Assembly (NCBI GenBank): GCA_951406725.2
Contig: OX597819.1
Coordinates: 68,076,001 to 68,140,000, forward strand
Source: Octopus vulgaris
Lineage: Eukaryota
Reading direction: 5' to 3'
Length of the DNA: 64,000 bases
The notes below the pieces were generated by a model. That model made no database searches, was not told where the DNA came from, and saw only the letters and a list, made by a program, of their open reading frames with translations. The translations under genes were made by a program, and so were the position numbers. Below, piece after piece: positions 56,950 to 64,000 of the stretch; positions within the stretch are counted from its first letter, which is position 1, and the number at the start of each line of letters is the position of its first letter.

Positions 56950-59277
56950 TTATTGCTTATTTAGCTTGGGTTCGAATTTATCAATAAAATTCTTTTCTCT
57001 GATTTTCCTCTCGATTTCACTTGGGCTGTGTAATTTGTAGAATGGAAATATTATATATATTTTCCGACCACATGTTGCTAGGTGGTTACTCAAAGGTATC
57101 TGACGGACCTCTGGGTCTCTAATCTGTTGCCGGAGTACACGTGAGCGTTCTAATAGTGCGTTTCCCGTCTGACCTACATATATTTCTTCACAATTTGGGC
57201 ATTTGATGCAGTAAATTAAATTTCTGCTTTTGCAGTTCATATTCGCGTTTGTGAATATTTTCCCGGTTTTTGTGTTTATATATTGACCGGTATGTATGAA
57301 TTGGCATGTGCCACATCGGCTATCATTGCATTTAGATACCGTGAATGTTTGGTCTTTGTTGCTGAGGTCAAATTTTGCCTTTGTTAGTAATGTTTTCAAG
57401 TTTTTAGGCTGTCTTTTACTAAGCACCATAGCTCGATCCTTGATTATGTCTTTTAATTCATTACTTTGGGCAATGATTGGTAGGTTTGCTTTGGCAATGT
57501 TGAAGATATTCTGGTGACATGGGTTGTGTGTCACTATGAATGGTATGACTTGTTCTTGTTTTCCTCTTCCTTGGGTTGTCCTAAGTTGTTGTATAGGTAT
57601 TTTTATAGCCCGCTGTATGCCATTTTCTATAAGTAGAGATGGGTATTTTTGTTTGAGCAAAAATTCTCTTAGTTCTATTAGGCGTTTGTTCCTGATATTT
57701 GCATCTTCTACAATAGTACAAATTCTTCTGGCTAGGCAGTATGGGATGTTACGTTTTGTATGTGGTGGATGGCACGACTTAAAATTTAGGTATTGATGTG
57801 TGTCTGTGTGTTTATAGTATATATCTGTGGTGATGGTGGTGTCTTTTTTAATTACCATTATATCCAGGAATGGTAATTTGGTACTACTCATCTCCTTTGT
57901 AAATTTGAGAGATGGGTGTAGGTTGTTCAGGAGGATATTGAACTCTTCCAGAGTATTTAGAGATTCTGTCCAGATTATGAAACAGTCGTCTAGGTATCTC
58001 TTCCATGCCTTTTCAATATACTTTCTAAATCCAGTGCCATAGTTTACCTCCACCTCTTGGTAGAGTTGTTCTTCTAAGTATCCCATTACAGAGTTGGCGT
58101 AAACGGGAGCAAACCTCGTTCCCATCGCCGTGCCTCTAATTTGGATGTAATTCTTTCCATTGAAGAAGAATGTGTTATTTTCTAGAATAAGTTTGACTGT
58201 GTCTAATATAAATGGCACTGTGAATCTGCTGGGAATCACTTCTCTATGTTTTTCTAACCAGTATTTAATCGCCTTTATTCCTAAATCGTGTGGAATATTG
58301 GTGTAGAGGCTTACCACATCAAAACTTAGCAAAACTGAATTTGTTTCTGTTGTTTTGGGAAGATGGGACAGGAAGTCGATGTCATCCCTGATGAAACTTG
58401 GTATGTAAGTACATAGTGGTTTCAAAACAATGTCAATAAAATTGCTTAGACGGTGTGTAGGGCATGCTGGACCAGCTATAATAGGTCTAAGTTTTAGGTC
58501 TTTTGGATGTAATAATTTTATGTACTCACTTTCTTGTTCTTTTACTGCCTGTTGAATGTTTTTTGATTTGTGTATTTTTGGTAAGCCGTAGAAGTTGCTG
58601 GGTTTTGGTTCAAAATTGGTGATGTAGTCTTTTTCATTATCCGTAAGTGAGTTGTGGTGTGTTGAAATCAGGTTGTTGATCTTTTTCATGATGTGGTGGT
58701 CTATATTTGCGGGTATTTCACAATAGAAGGTTGTATCCTTCAGTTGGTCTTCAACCAAATCCTTATAGTATTCGGTATCCATAATAACAATTGCACCACC
58801 TTTATCTGCTTGTTTAATTATTATTGTTTGATCGTTTTGTATACGTTTACATGCAGACATCTCTGATTTGCTAATGTTTGGCCTAACATTGGTATTGCGT
58901 CTAAGGGGAAATTTAGACAGGATATCAATGTATTGGTCAAGGTAGTTATTTCTTCCTTTTGGTGGGGTGAAATTTGATTTATTCCTTACTAGGGATTCAT
59001 CAATCTCATTACTTTTGTTAGCGAAGAATTCTACAAGTCGTAATTTTCGACAGAATTTTTGGATATCCTCCTTTAATTCTTGGTGGTTGGCTGTTGGTGT
59101 AGGTGTGAATTTCAGTCCTTTTGACAGAAGTTGGATTTCATCATTGTCAAGATCTCTTTTTGATAAATTAATTATTTTAGGATCTATACGTTCAGTTGTT
59201 TGGGGTATGTTTCCTCTTGGATTTTTTCTTTCTCCGGTGTTTGTTGTCCTGACGTAAAAAAATGGATTTTTTTCTGG
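56950..59277 (-). CDS. PLE reverse transcriptase + GIY-YIG endonuclease (frame open for 775 codons; first ATG at 58860)
   Basis: Upstream of the track ATG the frame reads 'IINLS...EIQLLSKGLKFTPTP'. Downstream motifs are 'KQADKGG', 'FYGLPKIHK', 'FDVVSLYT', 'GTAMG', 'RYLDD', 'CNDSRCGTC' and 'LIYCIKCPNCEEIYVGQT'. Confidence 0.95.
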   Translation of the reverse strand, partial: PEKNPFFYVRTTNTGERKNPRGNIPQTTERIDPKIINLSKRDLDNDEIQLLSKGLKFTPTPTANHQELKEDIQKFCRKLRLVEFFANKSNEIDESLVRNKSNFTPPKGRNNYLDQYIDILSKFPLRRNTNVRPNISKSEMSACKRIQNDQTIIIKQADKGGAIVIMDTEYYKDLVEDQLKDTTFYCEIPANIDHHIMKKINNLISTHHNSLTDNEKDYITNFEPKPSNFYGLPKIHKSKNIQQAVKEQESEYIKLLHPKDLKLRPIIAGPACPTHRLSNFIDIVLKPLCTYIPSFIRDDIDFLSHLPKTTETNSVLLSFDVVSLYTNIPHDLGIKAIKYWLEKHREVIPSRFTVPFILDTVKLILENNTFFFNGKNYIQIRGTAMGTRFAPVYANSVMGYLEEQLYQEVEVNYGTGFRKYIEKAWKRYLDDCFIIWTESLNTLEEFNILLNNLHPSLKFTKEMSSTKLPFLDIMVIKKDTTITTDIYYKHTDTHQYLNFKSCHPPHTKRNIPYCLARRICTIVEDANIRNKRLIELREFLLKQKYPSLLIENGIQRAIKIPIQQLRTTQGRGKQEQVIPFIVTHNPCHQNIFNIAKANLPIIAQSNELKDIIKDRAMVLSKRQPKNLKTLLTKAKFDLSNKDQTFTVSKCNDSRCGTCQFIHTGQYINTKTGKIFTNANMNCKSRNLIYCIKCPNCEEIYVGQTGNALLERSRVLRQQIRDPEVRQIPLSNHLATCGRKIYIIFPFYKLHSPSEIERKIREKNFIDKFEPKLNKQ

Positions 59278-60476
59278 TTATGATTTATATTTCTGTTGAT
59301 GTTTGCTTGATGAATTTTGCGTTTTGGTTGTGGTACTTTACTTGGTTTCGTTATGTTTTCTGTCTTGTTTTTGGTATTATGTATGCTACTTTTCAATTTC
59401 TTGTTAGCATTGTTTTTAACCACCTGGAGAAATGATCTGGGTTTACTTCTAGATCTAGATCGGTTTTTTGTCCAGTTTCTTGTGGGTAATCTCTGTTGAG
59501 GTCTTGAAAATGATCTCCTGTTATTTCTACTGCTAATGGTCTGTTCAAAACAATATCTATTTTGTTTGTGCTTTTTGTTCATGTTGTGTGCATTAGGGTG
59601 TTTGCATACAAAATGGGAAGAGTTCTTACCGTAGTTCGTCTTCGATTCGTGGTGAAACGGGTGTTCATGTTGCCACGTGTTCTGGTGTATGTTGCGTTGG
59701 TGAGGTTGTCCACTTTTAATGCTATTTCTCGGAGTTCTGGTGTCTTTACCGTAATTTGTAGCATATTTGTCGAGAAATAATTGTTTCCGCTGCCAAAACT
59801 TTCTTGATCTGCTTTCTTCTTTTGAGATATCTCTGATCCATAGTTCTCGCATTTTTTCTGCTATATTGCCGGTCGTTAGTTTGGATATTTCATCTCTGAT
59901 TTGATCATCGATAGCTTCGTATTTGGCTTTGTAGCGGGATTGTTTAGACAGGGTAATGGAGATGTCGGTCCTGAATTTTATCAAACTAAGGTCCCATCGA
60001 AGTTTAGTTTCTTCCTCTGGTTCTCCTGCAATTTCTTTAATTAGGTACTTCCGAGGAAGTATGGGTGCCGCTAAAGATATCCATTTCGAATGTATTTCAG
60101 CATATTTTTCGCATTTATATGCCTTCCAGAAGTTTTGTTTTCTTATGTTAAGGAGTTTTTTCCATGTCTTCTGTATCTCTTCTCTTTTTCGGTGTGCCTC
60201 TTTTTCCAGATTTCTTTCGTTTATTTCTGACATCCAAGGAGGTTGTGGTAGGCTTTCTCTTGTAGATTTTATAATTGTTGGTATCATTTCAGCTAAATTC
60301 TTAATTTCAGAGTTTATGTGTTCATTTCCAAGTTTTCCGTCTGTAGACTGTTTTTCTATTTCCTTTAAAATAGAGGATTGTGTGTCAATCATCGTGATGA
60401 GTGTTGATAATTTCGATGAAATTTCCATTAGAATTCTTTCGGATTCTGTTAATTTTGTTTGTTGCTTTCCAGACAT
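59184..60476 (-). CDS. PLE ORF1, 430 aa: helical charged N-terminal part and basic, low-complexity C-terminal part; function unknown
   Basis: Uninterrupted 1.3-kb ORF starting at gccaacATG about 20 nt downstream of the 5' pLTR. It has an RSRSRS/K-rich tail. Confidence 0.8.
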   Translation of the reverse strand: MSGKQQTKLTESERILMEISSKLSTLITMIDTQSSILKEIEKQSTDGKLGNEHINSEIKNLAEMIPTIIKSTRESLPQPPWMSEINERNLEKEAHRKREEIQKTWKKLLNIRKQNFWKAYKCEKYAEIHSKWISLAAPILPRKYLIKEIAGEPEEETKLRWDLSLIKFRTDISITLSKQSRYKAKYEAIDDQIRDEISKLTTGNIAEKMRELWIRDISKEESRSRKFWQRKQLFLDKYATNYGKDTRTPRNSIKSGQPHQRNIHQNTWQHEHPFHHESKTNYGKNSSHFVCKHPNAHNMNKKHKQNRYCFEQTISSRNNRRSFSRPQQRLPTRNWTKNRSRSRSKPRSFLQVVKNNANKKLKSSIHNTKNKTENITKPSKVPQPKRKIHQANINRNINHNQKKIHFFTSGQQTPEKEKIQEETYPKQLNV

Positions 60477-60681
60477 GTTGGCATATACACAATAGGAATA
60501 TAGATATATATATATATGGGTGTGTGTGATTGTGTATAGAAGAATATATTAATAAAAAGAATTCCAACCTTGTCTGATTTTCACGTTTTATTTACAATCT
60601 TATAATGATATATTATAAGATAATATATTATAATTGAATAAAATAAAATGAAATAGTAGAATGTTAAATATTCATTCTGAT

Positions 60682-60726
60682 TGAACTAGTACTTTCATGC
60701 ATTGAATTCTGCAATCTTCGGGTTCA
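60682..60726 (-). ncRNA. Minimal type I hammerhead variant in the 5' pLTR
   Basis: Identical to 56411-56455. Confidence 0.7.
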
Positions 60727-60759
60727 TGTAGTAGTGTTGACAGTCATGCTTCACAATTT

Positions 60760-60905
60760 TTGACTGTAGCAAGATGAGTGATTCTGTGCTATAAATACAG
60801 CTGGGTAGGCTCCAGAGTGCTAGGTTTTGCAAACTGTATTCTGACCAATCAGTGTGTAGTATCACTCAATTACTTAAGCTGATTGGTTGGTTGAGCTGAT
60901 TGGTT
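60760..60905 (-). promoter_or_regulatory. Candidate Pol II promoter in the pLTR (duplicated at 56489-56634)
   Basis: Three CCAAT boxes (60845-49, 60882-86, 60899-903), TATTTATA at 60797-60790, and an Inr-like ACAGTC about 32 nt downstream (60767-62). The orientation points toward ORF1. Confidence 0.6.
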
Positions 60906-60976
60906 TAGGCATCACGCTTTGTTGGACAGGTCAAGAGTCCTGTATCTTGACCCTGGCCGAAGCAGCAATTGTTGGG

Positions 60977-61047
<71 letters not shown>

Positions 61048-61484
61048 TTTAAAATGCATGATTTCTAAGATTTATCATTTTCGTAGGGAAGACAAAAACA
61101 GAAGTTATTTAAAACAATGCAACATTCATGCGCCGCAGTGCAATATCGCAAATCTTAATTCAAACCATCATTGATGCTATTCATAAATGGGACAAATAAT
61201 GAGAGTGAATTAACATTCGATGTTTATTCATTCATATAAATCACTTCGTATACCGCGCATAAATTTGTATAAATACATAATTATAATGATATAATATTTC
61301 ATTAAATGCTATAATTTATTTTCGTGCAGTCGCGTATGCATAAATTAAAGCGTGCGGGCACGAATGTATATGTGTGTGTTGTGTGTATGTATAATAGGTA
61401 TACGTTATACATACATATATACATGTATTGTGTATATATATGTATATATACATATTTGTATATAATATATACCTCCATATATAT

Positions 61485-61595
<111 letters not shown>

Positions 61596-62034
61596 GATAA
61601 TATATATATATATATATATATATATAATTGAATCATATTATAAAGTGTCGAATTTAATTAATTCAATTAATATAATTTAATATTTCTTTATAATTTAAAA
61701 TCTTAAACGTTTATTTTATCATCTATACCAAATATTAATATACTAGAAATCATTTTGGTTTTAATAACCTGTATGAATTCAGTAGGAAATCAAATAATAC
61801 ATGAATGATGTTTAAAATTCATTATAAATCATGATATTGACTTTGTTTACCACATTGTTTCGTAACTATGGGATATAGAGATATCTGATGTGCCAGACAA
61901 GAGTTGACTTCTTACTTCAGAGAGCAGGGGATTTCAAGCCATTTTTTTGCATCTAAGGACAGCTTTGATTACTATCTTATTTTGTTGGATCCCCATAGTC
62001 ATTCGATGTTTAAAAAAGTTTTTAAGGTGCTTTT

Positions 62035-62385
62035 TGGGGGGGTCGATTAAGTACCAATTAGCTTTTTAGGTGTTGTTTTCAAAATTCCTGTTTTGCCTTT
62101 TATCCTTTCAGGGTCGATCAAATAAGTACCAATTATGCATTGGGGTCGACTTAATCCGTTTGTCTGTCCTTGTTTGCCCCCTCTGTGTGTAGCCCCTAGT
62201 GGACAGTAAAGAAATAAGAATCGTTAGCTCAGCGGGCAAAAGGCTTAGCGGCATTTCATCTGTATTTACGTTCTTAGTTCAAATTCCGTTGAGGTCGACT
62301 TTGTCATTCATGCTTTCAGGTTGGATAAAATAAGTGTCAGTCGAGCACCAGGGTGGATGAAATCGACCTATCACACATGAAATTG
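62035..62385 (+). mobile_element. SINE family B, tandem degenerate units
   Basis: 'ccttttatcctttcagggtcgatcaaataagtacc...gtaaagaaataagaatcgttagc'. Confidence 0.8.
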
Positions 62386-63389
62386 TGTAGTTTGAATTAT
62401 ATAGAATGTTAGAGAGAGAAATATCATTGTTTCGTGCAATACATAGCAATGCATACAACTAAAACAAAATTTGTGTAGAAGCCCTTAAAATACTTTTGCG
62501 TATTCCCAATTCACTATTTTGTTACGTAAACCCCTAAAATCTTATATGGAGCCCTAAAAAGATGATATCCTTTAGAGGCCTTTTGGACTACTGCTTTAGA
62601 TGTACAAAACTGAATATGGAGAATCAGTCGAACGCATTACGTGTAATAGTTATCCCGGTCGTCTACGTCATAACTCTTACGTAGTAAGATGGCTGCGGGT
62701 GATTCGTTTTATGTCCCTTAGCTTATCTTGGCTTCATATTTATAAATATGTGCGTCTGTGTATATACATGAAGAGGAAAGCATATTTGCGAAAGTAAAGT
62801 AGCAATCCTGATTAGGACGATGTTATTAACTTTTTTAGCCCCAGGGAAAACTATTTTCCAATTGGCTACCGACGCACAACAGCGTCCTTATACCTTGATC
62901 AAGAGAGTTAATAACCCTACTCATCCTTGCGTACCATGGTTTCTGGGTTATTTATCTTCAGCGGCACAGGATAACTGCCATTTGGTTTAAGTGGTAGGGA
63001 GAAGTAGGATTTGCTATGAAATAAGGATGGGGGATTTCGCTCAAGGGAAGAGAATCACTGACAGAGATTGTTTTTATATATATGTATATACTTTTATTTT
63101 ATTATGCTTCTATATAATTCTTTCTTATTTCTTTTTTCTTTTTTTCTTTGCAAGTAGATGCGGGTAAGTTTAAATTTATTTCGTTCTAAAATTTGAGCTC
63201 AAATAATATATATTGCTAAATACACCTCCACATATATATTTATACATGCACGTGTGCGCGTGTGTGTGTGTATGCGCATTGTATATGTTTGTGTGTGTGC
63301 ATGCACGCGCTTCTATACGTGCACATGGGTTTGTAATATATGTTTGTTCAATAAATATCCATAGTAACGAAGATAAAGCACGCAGAGTA

Positions 63390-64000
63390 AAGCCGCTTGG
63401 CACACATTTACCTTGAACGTTGCTCGTCTTCCGCTGTTTACAGCAGTGCTTGAAAGGAAGGCGTGAAAGTTGAATAGGGAATCTGGGTTAAATTTTGTCA
63501 AAAGCTTGGCGATTCCAGCTCAGAGGCCTACGCAGAGTTTTCGAAAAGTTCTCATCAACCTCGACATAATCAAGGAGATCTTGTGCAAATGAAACCCGAG
63601 TGTACTTTTGGTCAGCTGAAAGCAGTTTTGGCAGAAACTCGGCAGACACACGTCCCATACCTAAATCTTACGGGGATTTGATAATTTCTCAACACAGCTG
63701 CACGCCCATCTGCGATGTTTTTCTCAGTTCTGCTAGTTTCGGGCCTCCCAGAACGTTCGTCAATACCAATATATTTTCTGCCATCTTGTAAACGTCCGAA
63801 CTACTCTTACACTTGTGTGAGGCTCATACGCTCTTCTCCATACACTTTCTGCAGCTTTGGGTAAGCCTCTGAGCGAGTATCGCCATGACAACTTTCCCTA
63901 TCATGGTAAATGCGATAATCACACGCTACACACGTTCCTTCTAAACACTTCTAAATAGTGGAAGTGAGCTAGAACGTTGAAGCATAGTGAACATGCACAA
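63390..64000 (-). mobile_element. mariner-derived element, second copy of the 33180-34140 family
   Basis: Colinear similarity, e.g. 'aaattttgtcaaaagcttggcga...cagctcagaggcctac' and 'ggtcagctgaaagcagttttggc'. Confidence 0.75.

Larger units (their letters stand above)
56227..60982 (-). mobile_element. Near-intact Penelope-like retroelement with two direct pseudo-LTRs
   Basis: Direct repeats 56227-56711 and 60498-60982 (offset 4271; no mismatch seen by eye) flank ORF1 and the RT-EN ORF. Both outer flanks are (TA)n. Confidence 0.95.

Noticed and set aside
59956-60495. 179-aa + strand ORF (also the + strand ORFs at 25882-27458 and 57296-58042)
   Set aside because: These are antisense shadows of retroelement ORFs.
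56227-60982. LTR retrotransposon
   Set aside because: There are no TG...CA ends, protease or integrase, and the RT plus GIY-YIG architecture is Penelope-type.

Overview
An AT-rich, microsatellite-saturated animal genomic window. The tRNA-derived SINE families and repeat landscape look like Octopus (inference). No complete host gene is visible, and most ORF-track entries are translations of (TA)n/(CA)n/(TAA)n/(GAA)n repeats. The window is almost entirely mobile DNA. It holds: a near-intact Penelope-like element (PLE, 56227-60982, minus) with two apparently identical ~485-bp pseudo-LTRs, an extra 430-aa ORF1 and an RT+GIY-YIG ORF overlapping it in the -1 frame; two degenerate PLE bodies; several solo PLE-like termini; a 5'-truncated CR1/L2-group LINE; five R4/Dong-like LINE remnants; an internally deleted Helitron; Tc1/mariner remnants; Merlin-like and Tigger-like MITEs; and many SINEs. 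The most interesting signal is a set of candidate self-cleaving RNAs in PLE-like termini. These are a canonical type I hammerhead (2604-2710), minimal variant hammerheads (56411-56455 and 60682-60726; 20749-20786 and 53575-53612), and a pseudoknotted motif at 39047-39145 that contains every hammerhead core element in a strand order matching none of types I, II or III. Two isolated candidate host exons (54 nt and 6-9 nt) lie on the + strand. All RNA folds were derived by eye, and element boundaries are approximate unless TSDs or repeats define them.
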